64,000 nucleotides of DNA from contig CM052816.1 in the NCBI GenBank assembly GCA_028534125.1, positions 39,806,001 through 39,870,000 of the forward strand, read 5' to 3'. This document shows, piece by piece, positions 11,175-25,325 of this stretch. The translations under genes were made by a program, and so were the position numbers. Origin of the DNA: Lama glama (lineage: Eukaryota). Position 1 is the stretch's first letter. Each line of letters starts with the position of its first letter. The notes beneath the pieces were generated by a model that searched no databases, had not been told where the DNA came from, and saw only the letters and a list, made by a program, of their open reading frames with translations.

Positions 11175-11390
11175 TAATGTAGTGTGTCAGTGAGCAGTGT
11201 TTGGCTTAGAGTCAGTAACGTCTTTCTTTGTCTTCTAACCCCAGCGCCTAATTGTTGTATGATAATCATGGGTGAAGAATTTATCTCTTCTACGTGCTCA
11301 GTTTTCTCCATAATATTTAGATCACACAAAGTTTGAGGAATGAAAATAAATGAATATGTAGATTTCCTTGCCATTTAGTAGTTCTTAAAA
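11175..11390 (+). mobile_element. MIR SINE
   Basis: Degenerate MIR core (ggcttagagtcag...atgggtgaagaatttatctcttctacgtgctcagttttctc...aaatgaatatgta). Confidence 0.55.
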
Positions 11391-14027
11391 AAAGAATCAA
11401 AATATTAAATATTTAAACCATTCAAAATTATCATAGATTTCACTGAAAAAAGAAGACAATTTAATTAATGTTTCTTTTTTTATTCAGACCAAGTGCTTTT
11501 TCATTCTGATTGCAGTATTTGTGCTGAAACTCTTGCTCCTTTTCAGACTGAATAGGATGAGATGGTAGATGTCAGGGGAAGTGAATATTTATCATGGAAT
11601 TGTCTGCCCTTTGCTCACACACTGTGCATGTTGACCAAAATGACCTCAGGATCTCCTTGGCAGTCTCTTCAGAAAAGACGACACGCTTGACTCATCAGTG
11701 TCTGGCCTTGAATATCAAATGTGTTTTCAAAAAGCACAAGGTGTCTTTTAGTTCTGCTGTGCAGCAGTGCAGGAGACCATGTGCTTTGGCTTCTAGAGGT
11801 CACAGCTGGCTCTGACAAGCTTTACCCTTCCTTTAGTGTTCCTTCACTGAATCATTAGAATGTTGAAATATGACCCTTCAACTTTTTATTGTTGCTCTTG
11901 TCCTTAGTTATTACTAAGCTTTAACAAATATTAAGAACGTTTTTTACATAGAGCCTATCAGGCTACCATAGCAGTTATTTTTCTTAGATAGAAAGCAAAA
12001 TCTAGAAGGCCACATTTAATTTGGAAAAATGTATGTATATTCTTAGAAGTGAACATTGTAGTCATAATGTACTTTCCCTAGCATATAATTATTTTTAGGT
12101 ATACATTTTATTTTTTAGTTGTAAGGCCCTGGCTGAAGGATATGTCTACTTGTTAAATATTTGTCAAGCACTGATTTTTTTTTTTGATTACGGATAGATG
12201 CTTTCTTAACATCACTGTTCAAATCCTGAGGCACTATTGTACATTTAAGAAGAAAGTGAGATGACTAGGAAAAAATGACATTGTTAAGAAATAATTTCAA
12301 AATATATACGTTGTAGAGCAACTAATACAAATTAATATTTAGCCTTCATCAGCAGTAGTTAATTTGGGGTGTATTTTCCTTCTCATTCTGGTTGTAGAAA
12401 TAACATTTGCCATAACTTAAATGGGATGTGTATTTTAGATAATTTTTTAAAACATGGTGGCTTCTTCTATTCATTACGAATTCAGGACTCAGTGTTTCAG
12501 GATTTCATCTTACAGTCCTTTGCAGTGCTTGAGGGTAAATAAGGGATGGATTCTAGTCATTTTGCAAGGGTACACCATATGGAACAAAAATATTTAATTC
12601 ACATTTTTAAAATTTTACCTGATTGAGCCAAGAAAAACACAGGAGAAAAAAATTTAGAAGTAATTTTTAAATGCATTATTATTGGAAATGAATAAATTTT
12701 ATTTTATGTTTTTTTTCAGAGGTTATTAAAAATACATCCTTAAAAATAGGGGGAATAGTTTATAAAGATTTTTTAAATGTTCACATCATTGTTACTCTCT
12801 AAAATTGCAATGATCTCCGAATGATAATATAAATAACTGTTCATTATAGCAAAAAATCAGACAAAAGAAACAGGAAGAATATATAAGTGATTTACCACCT
12901 AGATATAATCACCCTTAAATTGTAAGGTAAGTATGTAAGTGTATTTAATGCCTTTGAAACATACTGTCAGAATTCTTTCATAAATATTTCTAGAAATTTA
13001 CGTTGTCAGTCACTGAAAACTGAATGTTTATTTTCATTGGAGATTCTCTTTATTTTGACTTTAATGAAAGTAAAAGGTGCACATCGTATCCACTAAAACA
13101 CTTCTAAAAATACGTTTGTTCCTGATTACTTTTAACTTCCTGAGAGTTTCATCCAAAACCCTGTGCTTAACTTTCAGTGCCTGACGATAAAATAGTACTG
13201 TACTGGCCTAAATTCCATGCTTTTGGATAAGGAAGTCTTGCCAGTGCTTTTCTTTAGACATTGTTTAGGTTTAATATGTCTTAATTATTCTGAGGATATT
13301 CCTAATGATCTGTAAAGAATTGCCTAGGGAAACATAAAAGTGCCTATTTTTAGAAATAGGCAGCAGCCGTGAGTCATATGAAATGTCAGCAATGTATCAC
13401 TCTTATATGAAGATGTAAATCACAACCACCTAATAATGGAGAATCTTCTAATTAGGGGTTCAGAGATTAACTTTCTTTGCTTCATTAGGTTTAGTTAAAA
13501 TAGAAACAGCTTAAATATTCAGAACATTTACATCTATAACTGTATTAAAAAGAATTTGCATACTATATAATTTTCCCTGTTTTAACCCAGGGAAGAGTGA
13601 ATTATTCAGATGTTGAGTGATAGTATTTTTCCTTTTGTTTTTATTAGCTATAACTGTTTAAGCAGGTAAACCCAATCATCTTATCTTTGATGATTTCTGA
13701 AAAAATACTGGGCACAATGGGAAGTATGTCTAAAGATTGTCAGAGACAAGCAGCCCTTGCCCTCAAAAAAATGAGGAAACAAATACTGAGGAGAAAAGAA
13801 GGCACAAGAAAAAGGGCTCTCATTTGTTTCAAGTTATCAGGAAGAGACATTTTTTTCAACTATCTTTTTAATAATTTCCTAGATGCTAATGAAGGATAGG
13901 GAAGATTATGTGTGTGTAAGTTTCCTCCCTGCCAGGATTTTATGTTTACATGGTAACAAAGAAAGAGGAATCAGGTGGAAGTCACACAGAAAAATTATAG
14001 TCAATTCCTCAAGCACTGTATCCTGGG

Positions 14028-14076
14028 AGTGTGTGTGAGTGTGTGTGTGTGTGTGCGTGCGCACACACGCACACAC
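14028..14076. repeat. (GT)n microsatellite with an inverted CA arm
   Basis: gtgtgtgtgagtgtgtgtgtgtgtgtgcgtgcgcacacacgcacacac. Confidence 0.9.
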
Positions 14077-14232
14077 TTCTTGATCAGTAAAAATGATTAG
14101 GATTCGTGAAAATGATTTTGTTACTTGTTGAAGTATATGACCCACTTTTCATTATATCAGGCTGTGGTTTTGTTCAGCCTGAGCATGTTAAGCCCTCTAT
14201 TTTAGAGTGGTTATGACACAATAGTGGCTAGG

Positions 14233-14685
14233 GCATTAGTTTCTATTGATGCTGTAATAAATCATCACAAACTTAGTGGCTTAAAACAACAAAAATCTGT
14301 CTTCCTATGGTTCTGTGCATTGAAAGTCCAGTACAAACCTTGCTGGGCTAAAATCAAGGTACTGATAGGGCTGCATTCCTTTCTGGATGCTCTCAGGGAA
14401 AATGTTCCCCTGCCGTTTCTGGCTTGTAGCCGCTGCTCAGAACCCTTAACTGATGGTTCCCTTTCCATCTTCAAAGCCAGCAATGGCCAGGTGATTCTTT
14501 ATCATTCCATATTACACCCACGTTGACTCTTATTCTGCCTTTTTCATCCATTTTTTAGACTCTTGTGGTTATATTCGGCGCATCCAAATAATCCAGAATA
14601 ATCTCCCTATTTTAAGATCTCCTGATTATTGAGCTTAATTACATCTGCCACTTTATTTCCCCTTTGTCATGTAACCAAATATGTG
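14233..14685 (-). mobile_element. MLT1 (MaLR) solo LTR
   Basis: attagtttctattgatgctgtaataaatcatcacaaacttagtggcttaaaacaac...gctaaaatcaaggt...ccatcttcaaagccagcaatgg...taatccagaataatctccctattttaagatc. Confidence 0.85.
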
Positions 14686-17600
14686 AGATACAAAGTAATG
14701 TAAGAAATGAACTTCTCTGAGTCCTGTCTCTGATAATGGTAACTATGCTACCTAATAGGAAATAAGACAGTTTCCTGGTATGCCTCTGACCTTAAAATAA
14801 GACACTGTGATATTTTTGCTGCTTCATATGAGATCCCTATCCATGAGAGGGAGAGAGAGGTGAGAGAGAAAGAGAGAATGAACAGTTGAACGACGGAGTA
14901 AGAACTGGGGCATGCAGTAAGATACATTTACAAATCAACCTAATCTCACTATGCATGCACAGTATTAGGAAGTTCTGACTTATAAATATATATCCATCAG
15001 TTCTTAGAAGTTTCTGTTTATTTATTGTGTATGTGCTTTGTTTTTTGCTATACTGTGGCTAATTTTAGTACATAATGATTATCAGGTGATAAGCTAATAC
15101 ATCTAATAATGACCCCTGAATGATTATAAAATTTAATAAACTTACTATTTTTATGGAAAAATAGGAAAAGATGAGGTAAGAGTGATTTTATTTTGAAAAG
15201 AACCACCAAGATGGAAAAATAGTCTGATGAGTAACTTTATAAAAAGCAGCAAGAATATATGCCATTCTGATTTCTTGAAAGTCCTTAAGGAAGTCTTATT
15301 AAGGTGCAAACTACTCTGTCCTAGATTCAGAATAATAAAAAGCCTCTCATCCAGAATAAAAATTAATTGCATTCTACTTATAAATTCTATTGTTGTAAGC
15401 ATCTTCTGTCTCTTCCTGCTAATGAAAATAAAATTAACATTTTCCAGGTAAACAGTATTTCCCTTACAAGCAGCCAAATGATCTTGTCACAGATGTTTTT
15501 TCCATCAAGTATTTTACGTAAAAGTTTCCAATCTTTCTTCAAACCCTTACAGTTTAATTTTAGTCTTCTTCAGTTCTAGCATTTTGCATTGGCAGGAAAT
15601 AACACTGTGCCAAATATTTCTAATTGACATCTGTAGAGCATCCTGTAGTTCTTCCTTCATCTATCAGGTAACTCAACTTCCGTGTCCTATTTTTAAATTA
15701 ATGAATGGAGGGAATGATGTCTTTCCCTTTGTGAAACTGAAAAACAAGCTTCACCATGGATGTATTAGGGGCACAAGAAAATGTTCCTATAGCCTTTATC
15801 TTGGCCAGTTTTATATATGCTCAGAAAGAAACATGGAATAGTCCAAAATATGAAAGTGGAAATGTGGGAATTGCTCAAAGACTTTGCTGATGCCCTTGCC
15901 TTATTGTCACAACTTTTACTAAATATAAAGCTTTGTTTGTTTTCTTGTGGTTTTTTTTTTTTTTTCAGCATGATTTAGCATCATTAGTCATACCTCACAA
16001 AGTCACTGCAGGGAAGATTACATTGTCAGTGCTGTTTTACACATGACAAAATTCAGGGGAAAATATGATTGAGAGACTGAGATACAGACAGTGGTGTTTT
16101 TCCGTAACTGTTTTCAGTCCTCCTTAAGAAGCCATGGTGTGTCTCATTGCATTGTGTCAAAGCAAAATACTTCTTTTCTGGCTTCTTCAAACACTGGTCT
16201 ATTCTTCAAAACCAAATACAGAGCCTAACATAATCTCTTCAGTGATTACATTACCACAATAACAATTGTTTCAAAATAACTCACAGACACTCATGATGCA
16301 ACTACCTTCAACAGAATGAGTGCAACTGTAGAAGATAGATGAAGGTGTCTTAGGTCAGGGGTAAGATAAGGAACATAGACCATGGAGAATTGGATTTGGT
16401 TATTTTCAAAATACTGTCCAGTCCACACATAAGCAACATGCTTCAAGCATTTTAATGGGGTCGAGAGCTATCATAGGCAGTAAAGCTAGGCCTTACATAA
16501 AGAGGAGTCTGTGCTCTCTCTGAGTTCAAAGAGATCATTTTGTTTCATTCCTCCCTCAGGGTCAACACCACATTTTGCTATTAAGCAAATAATTAAATTC
16601 CTATATATGAGATATAATTTGTGATATAATTTCCTGCGTTATAGATGATATAATGGAACCTTTACAGGTCTAACTTAATACTCAATCATGATATTTCTCT
16701 TGAGCCTGGAATGGTGCTATGAATATTTGTCTCTGCTACAGTTATTGCTATGGAAATTCTAAATATGAAACTTATTCTAATTAAAGAAAACTTTTATTTA
16801 TTAAGAAAAAACCTACTTTGAAAGGCCCAAATGTAGAAATAACTTTTATATTACATCAGGACAAGGATATAGTCACCTGGAAATGTAATGCCAAAAAGAA
16901 AGAAACAACATGAAAGAAACCGTTGACCAAGCTGATACATTATTACAAAGCAAAATTACATTTAAAAGACATAAATGCAGATTTTACTCAACTAATCTGA
17001 GTAATCATTGAGTAAATTGCTTCATAAATTTAAATCTGTAAATCTAGATTCTCTGATTTGAAAATGCTGCCTCTACCAGCTGAATATGTTTTCTTAATAT
17101 TGAGTAAGTGTGCTCATATTGTGAACATGGTAGTATCTGTCCTTCTTATGGTTTTGCAGCCTGTTTGTGATAGACTTTTTTATTATATTTTGGAAAACTA
17201 TGGGTTCCAATAAAAAGAGTTAATATCCACTTTTTGAAGTAGTGTTTGTAATTGTAAAAGAAACAAAGATCTGTTTTATAATGCTTATTTTGCTTCTGAT
17301 TTGCTATGTGTGTTCATGGAAGAATTAATTTTGTCCTTATATATTTACATTTCTTAGTGTTATTATGAGGATAAAAAGATGGATGTAAAAACGTATGAAG
17401 TGTGTAGAGCATATAAGCATCCCATGAGATTATTGTTACTATTGTTACTATTTTGACTATTACTATTTTGATTCAACCATCTGCACATTTGCTGTGTTGA
17501 GCAGTTGTAGAAAGGATAGCCGTCTCTATTTGTCTCTTTCAAATAGATGTGGAGAGAATACAGCTGTTATCAAGAACATGATAATTTTATCTCAAAATTT

Positions 17601-20600
17601 TTCAAAAATTGGAACACATTGGCAGCTATAATCCTCAAAAAAAAAAGAGTTTAATGAAACAGATGTGGGCAAAGTCAGAAGGAGTTAATTATGATGGTAA
17701 TGAGGGTGATGAAATACTTGGGAAAATTACTAATAGAATGGTCTGCTCTTGAAAGTTCATTGTAGAAGAATGTATGTTAGTGAGAGAGTGTTTACAGTAT
17801 GACTTAAAGTTAAACCAAGGAAATTCTTCTTAGACAAAGAGATCATTATCTCGGTAGTGTTAGAAAAGGCCAAATTTAAAATCATTATTTAAGTATTATC
17901 TCCACGGTGATCTTACTGTATTCTTTTATATCCACTGATGTGTCTGCATTTATTTTTAGAGTTTGCAATCCACTTCAAAACGAAAACTAAACCATTACAC
18001 AACTGGTTGCTTCAAGAGTTTCTTCCCGAACTTAATTAGCCGTTACCTACACATATTTACTCAAACTAAATAATATGAGCGAGTGAAATTTTGAAGTAGA
18101 CACATGAAGGATAGGACTGGGTATAATTAGATTGTATATTGGATGGTTTTGGATTATTTTGCTGCTCTCATTTCCTTTAATTATACATTTCCCTCTATAT
18201 TCTCAATTCAGATATTTGGGGTTAGTCAATTTCCTTTTCCAGTCACCAGGTTGATTCCCCACATGATTTGAATGTGTTCATTAAAATGAAGGTAGTGGAC
18301 TTTTCCTCTTTCTTCCTTTCTTTCCTTTTTTTTTTTTTAAACTTTTAATGTCTCAATTGTTAAAGATCAACTTAGTATGAAATCTTAAAATGCTGGGGAA
18401 GCAGTTGTTAAGTTTGTCGGCAATAATGATAGGACAGCTTGCTCCCTGGAGAGTGGTGTGCTCTAATTACAGTAACTAAGATTGGTTTGAATCCTAATGG
18501 CAATCAAGCTGCATGGTTCTGCTAGTTTACAGTTCCTCTCAATTCTCCTAAATCAATAAATTTTGACCTTAGAATTAAAGGAAATTCAGTCAATATGTGG
18601 CTGTGTCATATGCATGGCTGTCCTAAGAGAAGGTTCAGGTAGAAGAGTCATTTACACAAGGGTTATAAAATGCCTGACTAAGCACATTGGGGCGGGGATT
18701 TCTGACACTGAAAATACGAGGTGAGAAAATCTGTGAATTCAAGACAGGCCTTTTACAGGTGCACAGTGGTTTGCAGTTTAACAGAGAAGCATACTGCATT
18801 CAGCAGATTACCAGAATGAAGTCAGAAGTTACACAGAGATACAAGTGATACACAAATTACTTACTGGTGAGGTTATAGACAGGGCGGAGGGCAAAAGTGT
18901 GCCTCGGTGATAGCACTAGGTTCAGGTAGCTTTGTCTCCTCACTCACGCCACTGGTAATGAGTTGAAGAAACATAGATGTTACTCCATTCACCATGAGAT
19001 GAAATTGCTACCAGATTACAGTGAGATGGAAGTAGAAGAAACACAGGCCAATCAATAAATAGTAAATAAAAGTGGTACTTTTGGAAGCTAAAAGTTTATA
19101 GACAAAGGAAGGAAAGGAATGATTTGCAAAGGTCTTGGGATAGCTGTTGCTTCTGGAATGTCAATAACCACTGCTAGAGTAACTGCCATGTGGACATGCC
19201 TTACTCAGCAAGATGCCCAAGTGCAGATGAAAAGGATATCGACCATCTCTTATTTTTCATGAGCTGGTTGTTCCACCTAGGAACGTGTAAATGCGAGTGA
19301 AGAAGCAACACAGTGCTTTAATATATATTGCATGGTACGAGAGTATCTTTGCTCTAAGTGGGCATTATACTAAGTTACAAAGATACTGTCAAATAAGTTG
19401 GGGAAACACTGGCTGAAATAAAGTTTTTATTGAAAGGTATCTCAGTCTTTAACAAGTCACTGTCCATTGAAACATTTTGAAAGGGTATATTTTTAGCCAA
19501 TATTTTGTAATTTTTTGTTATTAATAGACTTTATGTTTTAGAGCAGTTTTATGTTTACAGAAAAACTGAGCAGATAGCACGGAATTTCCATATACACCCT
19601 CGGCCTTCCCTTGCAGTATCCATTTTAACATCTCGCATTAGAATTGTACATTTGTTACAATTAATGAACCGATCTTTATTATTAACTAAAGTCTATAGCT
19701 TACGTTAGAGTTCACTCTTTGTGTTGTAGTTCTGTGAGTTTTGGGAAATGTATAATGTCGTGTATCCACCGTTACAGCATCATACAGAAACATACTTATG
19801 TGCATAATCATACAGTTTCACTGTCCTAAAAATCCCTTGTGCTTCAATTCTTCATCCCTCCTTCCCTCACATCCCAGGTGCTTGACAGCCATTGATCTTT
19901 CTACTGCCTACAGTTTTGCCTTTTTCAAAATGTCACATAGAATCATACTAAATGTGACTTTCTTCATTCTGGCTTATTTCACTTAGAAATATACATTGAA
20001 GCTTTTCTCATATATTTTTGTGACTTGATAACCCATTTTATTTTTACCACTGAATAATATACTATAGTGTGGATATACCACAGCTTATTTATACATTTAC
20101 TTCTTGAGGGCCAAGTCGGTTGCTTCTGAGTTTTGAAAATTGTGAATCAAGCTGCCATAAACATCCATAGTGCAGATTTTCTTGTGTATGTACGTTTTTA
20201 GACCATTTGGTCAAATATTTAGGCACACAATTGCTGGAACACGTTGTTAAAATTATGTTTAGCTCTGTAAAAAAACTGCCAGTCTTCAAAAATGGCTATA
20301 CCATTTTGCATTCTCACCAGCAATGAATGAGAATCCCTATTGTTGTGTATCAACACCAGTATTTGCTTTCATAGTGTTATGGATTTTAGTCATTCTAATA
20401 GGTAGATTGTGGTATCTCATTTTTGTTTTAATTTGAAATCTCTTAATGGCATACAATATTGGACACAATATTGGACAGTTTTTCATATACTTATTTACTA
20501 TCTGAATATATTTTGGGAGAGGTGTCTGTTCAGTTAGTTTCCCTACTTTTTATTGAGTTGCCCATTTTACTATATTTGGGTTTGAAGAGTTTTTTGTTTA

Positions 20601-21709
20601 TTTTGGATACAAGTATTTTTTATCAGATACATGTTTTCCAGATATCTTCTTCCTTTCTGTGGCTTGTCTTTGCATTCTCCTAAGAGTTTCCAGAGCAGAA
20701 GTTTTTAATTTAAAAAAAGTGCAGCTGGTCAGATTTTTTTCCTTTATAAATTGTGCATTCAGTATTGTGTGTAAAAAGTCATCGTCAAACTCACAGAACT
20801 CCCCGTGTTCTATTCTAGAAGTTTTGTAGATTTGTGTTCTGTATTTAGGTCTGTGATTCAGTTTCAGTTGATTTTTGTGAAAGATGTGAGGTCTGTCTTC
20901 TAGGTTCTTTTATCTTTTTCTTTCTTTCTTTTTTTTTTGGAATGTTGTAGATACCCAGTTGTTTCATCATCAGTTACATCAGTTGTTCAGCAAATCAAGC
21001 TATCTCCTTTGAATTACCTTTGTTCTTTTGTCAGACGTCAGTTGATTGGGTTTGTGTGGGTCTATTTCTGGGCTCTTTATTTTGTTTCTCTGATCTGTTT
21101 GTCTTCTCTTTTGCCCATACCACGATGTCTTGATTACTGCAGCATTATAATAGCTCTTATAAAGTTGGGTACAGTTAGTCTTCTGACTTTATTTCTTCAG
21201 TATTGTGTTGACTGTTCTGGGTCTTGGCTTTCTATATGAACTTTATGCTTAATTTGTCAATATCCACAGAATAGCTTCTGGAATTTGTATTGAGATTGCA
21301 GTGAATTACATATAAACTTGGGAAGAACCGACATCTTAACATTTTGAATCTTCCAGTAATGAGCATGAAGTAATTCAATTTATGTAAATTCTCTTTGAAT
21401 TCTTTCATCAGGGCTTTGTTGTTTTCAGCATACAGATCCTGTATATACTTTACTAGATTTCTCCTTGGAATGCATTTATTTTGGCACTATATCTATAAAT
21501 TCTTTTTACTTCGCATTTAGTTCTGCATAGCTGGTATATGGGAAAGTAATTTGCTTTTGTATGTTTACCTTACATGTTTCCTATGAGTTTATTTTAACTG
21601 ATTATTACTTTCAAGAGGTTTTTGGTAGATTCTGAGTTTTCTGAATAGATAATCACTCCCTCTGAAACAGGCAGTTTTATTCTTTGTTTTCAATCTGTAT
21701 ACTTTGTAT

Positions 21710-21812
21710 TCCTTTCCTTTCATTTCTTTCTTTTCTTTCTTTCTCCCTTCCTTCCTTCCTCCCCTCCCCTCCCCTTCCCTTCTTTCTCTTTCTTCCTTCC
21801 TTTCTTTCTTTT
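21710..21812. repeat. Polypyrimidine (CTTT/CTTC/CCCCT) low-complexity tract
   Basis: Visible directly in the sequence. Confidence 0.9.
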
Positions 21813-22409
21813 TGTGGTCCTGCTGTACCAGCTGGAACTTCCAATAAAATGAAGAGGAATAGTGAGAGAGGACATCCTTGCCTTGTTTCCAATCTTAGGG
21901 GGAAGCTTTCAATCTGTTAACGACTAGGAATCATATGAGCTCATTCTAGGAATCACACAGCTCATATGAGGTGTTTTGTAGCCATTCTTTAACAAGGGAG
22001 TAAGTTTCCATTTATTCCTAGTTTGCTGAGAGTTTTTATCATAAATGTGTGTTGAATTTTGTCGAGTGGTTTTTCTGCATCAGTTGATATGATTATGTTT
22101 TTCTCTCTCTCTGGCCAGTTGATATAGTAAATTACATTGAGGTTTGGTTGTTTTTGATTTTTTTTTTCAGTGTTGAATTTTCCTTGTTTCTCTGCATAAA
22201 TATGACTAGGTCATGGTGTATAATCCTTTTCTTAAAATTTTTGACTCACTTGCAGATGTTTTACTTAGGATTTTCGGGCTGTGCTCATGAACTTTCTGGT
22301 CTGTGGGTTTCTTCCTTTATAAAGTTTTCGCCTGATTGAGTGTTATGGTAAGGCTGGCCTCACAGAATGAGGTAGGAATTGTTTCTTCTGCTTCTGTTGT
22401 TGAATAAAC

Positions 22410-22590
22410 TGTCTAAGCCTTCCAGAGCTGCCATAACAAATTACTAAGAACTGGATGGCTTCAAACAATAGAAGTTTATTCTCTCACAGTTTGAGATGCT
22501 AGAAGATCAAATTCAAGGTGTTGGTAGGGCTGTGGTTATACTGAAAGCTTTAGGGAAGGATCCCTTCTTGCTTCTTCAGGTTTATTCCAC
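22410..22590 (-). mobile_element. MLT1 LTR fragment inside the L1
   Basis: gctgccataacaaattactaagaactggatggcttcaaacaatagaagtttattctctcacagtt...caaggtgttggtagggc. Confidence 0.8.
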
Positions 22591-23799
22591 CATGATGATG
22601 ACCTCATTCCTCATCTGCAGTTTATTTAGGGTCAGTTATTGGAGATTTATTTTGTTCTGTTGATTGTGACATGTTTCCCTGATTCCTCATGTTCCTTGTA
22701 GCCTTGCACTGGTGTGTGCATTTGAAGAAAGAGCCACCTCTCAGTCTTTACAGACTGGCTTTGACAGGAAAGACCTTCACTAATTAGCCTGGCTAGAGAT
22801 TCTGGAGGTCCCTCTCATCTTCTCTATGGATGTGTCTTCTCTGGACTCATCCATTTAGATTCCTAGTTAGAGGGGATTTTTCAGCTTTCTCTTTGTCTGT
22901 GGAGCCTATAATCTCTTGCTCTCTCTTGTGTCTTGCTGCTGTAACTCTGACCAGGACTTCGGAGGCACATGTTACTTCTCCTTCTCCTCTCCTGTGGAGA
23001 AGCCTTGAGTTCTGTGCCTTCTCCCAAATTTGCTGAGCCGTGCTGGACACAGGAGATTGCCCACCTTTTCCCCTTTATTCTTAGTCACCCACATCAAATG
23101 ATAAGGGTTCTATCTGTGGTCCAGTTGAAGCAAGACAGAAACTAGTGCCTTGGGAGGTGCACCCAGAGGCTAGGGCTTTGGTGGCACGCTGCACTTGTCC
23201 CTCCTGGTGGAGAAGCCTCAGGTTCTGTGCTCTCTCTGTCTCATAGAGCCTTATCAGACACAAAAGCCACTCCCTTCTTTCTTTTGTTCTCATCTGCCCC
23301 CAAGTATAGATCTGAGTGTCTAACATACTTTCTTTCTTTCTGAAGGATTTCTTTTAGCATTTCTTGTAAGATTGTTTCACAGGTGACCAAATTCCCTCAT
23401 TTTTTGTTTATTTGAGACAGACTTTTTTCTACTTTTGGAAAATAATTATGCAGGATACAGAATTCTGTTTTGCTGGATTTTTTTTTCCAACACTTCAAAT
23501 ATTTCACTCCATCCTCTTCTTGTGTGCAAGTTTTCTAAAGAGAAGTCCAGTATAACATACGTCCTGTTTCTCTATAGGTAAGTTATCCCACCCCCCACGC
23601 ACCTTCTGGCTTCTCTCTAGATTTTATGTTTACCTGCGGTCTGCAGCTTGAATATGGATATTCCTGGTTGTACATTTTTTGATATTTTTCCTGCTTAGTT
23701 TTCTCTGAGTTTCCTGAATCTGTGATTTGTTGTCTGTTGTTAATTTTGGAAAACTCTTTCCCATTATAATTTCAGGTGCATCTTCTGCTCTCTTCTGTC

Positions 23800-24416
23800 T
23801 GATGGAAGACATTTCACATACAGAGGCATGGGGAAGTCATTCTGGGTTGTACATGATTTAACTTGAACTTTATGCTAACCAGAACAGTCTGTTTTATGGC
23901 TTATCAAACATACATTGTACACCTGCTTTAACCAGGAAAGAAAATAATGCATTTAAAAATCAAAATGGAGTAACTGTGGTTCAGGCATCCAGCATGGAAC
24001 AAAGTGGCCATTGTGGATGTGGTTTCAGACACGTTTCTGCATGACTGAGAACTGGCATTTTCTGAACTGTATTACACTCACAGGCACCACTAGCCTTTCT
24101 TAAGCAGCATCTGATAGCAGCTGCCAGCTGCAACCTTATAGTCTCAAGGTCTCCTCTTGTAACTCTGCAGCCATTTCAGACCCCAACAAATCCTTACTTT
24201 TAATAAGCACCCTTGCTTCTTGTCAGCTCCAACCCTAGTTCTTGACAAACAACTTATGTAATTTTGCGGGTTTGGCCTATATAAGTCCCTTCCACTTGGT
24301 AGCAGAATGGAACACAATTCAAGTGCTTCTTGATTCTGTGTCTCGCAGGCTATAGCTCTCTGTCTGGCTCAGATAAAACTCTTTTCTATTCCTGCTATAG
24401 GTTGTTAATTAATTAT
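23800..24416 (+). mobile_element. Solo ERV LTR inserted in L1 ORF1
   Basis: Interrupts antisense L1 sequence; starts with TG; shares ctgccagctgc, tgtaact..gca.ccatttc and ggaacacaattcaagtg with the LTR at 8464-8905. Confidence 0.75.
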
Positions 24417-25325
24417 CTCTTTGTTCTCCCTTTGGGATTCAAATTAAACATATGTTATATCTTTTGTAGTTGTCCCACAATTCTTGGATATTCTGTTCCA
24501 TTTTTTCATTCCTTTTTCTCTTTGCTTTTCAGTTTGGGATGTTTCCATTAACATGTCTTCAAGCCAACTGTATCCTCAGTGTTGTCCAGTTTACTTATGA
24601 ACTCATCAAAGTCATGCTTTATTTCTGTTAAGTGTTTTTTATTTCTACCATTAAAAAAATATTTCATAGAGTTGCCATCTCTCAGCTTACATTATCCATC
24701 TATTCTTGCTTCTTGTTCACTTTTTTCATTAGTGCCCTTAAGTAAAGTTATTTTAAAATTCCTGTCTGCTAATTCCAAATTTTCTACTGTATCTGTGTCT
24801 AGCTAGCTCTGTTGCTTGCGTTATATTCTTAGGCTGTAGGGGTTTTTTTCATCACCTTTTAGCATGCATTTTAGTTGTCTGTTGATACCCAGAGGTGATG
24901 TATCAGCTAATTCATCTTTAGTTAGATAGGCTTGTAGTGTGAGGATTTGTGTTTATCTGGCTGGAGGTTTAATGTTTGTGTCTTTAGGATTTGGTCTTCT
25001 CTGGTCCCTATTTGTCTCCCTCCTTTGTCTTTGGATTTCCCTAGAAACTCCATCTCAACTAGAGCCTGCCACTTTCAGTTCTTTCATTTGTAATCCCTGT
25101 TATATTGGGGTCCTCATGATGTGATGTTAAGATTTAAGAGGGGAATCTTTCCACAATCTTATGATTAAATCTCCATATTTTAGAGGGCCAGAGTCCCTTG
25201 GCTTTGGCCTTCAGAAGAGTTTTTTAGCCTTTTGTCCTCCTCTTAGGAGACATAGGCAACCTGGAAGGGATTCATATTATGTGTTCCTCTTCCCCTAAAT
25301 CATATAAGGTTCTGATAAAGTTGTC

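Noticed and set aside
11547..11815. Acceptor at 11546 plus a 73-aa ORF as a coding exon
   Set aside because: No strong donor and no recognisable homology
15151..15841. Cluster of 70-108 aa ORFs on both strands
   Set aside because: No recognisable protein family, non-ATG starts for several, and no convincing splice-bounded exon; a BLASTX would settle it
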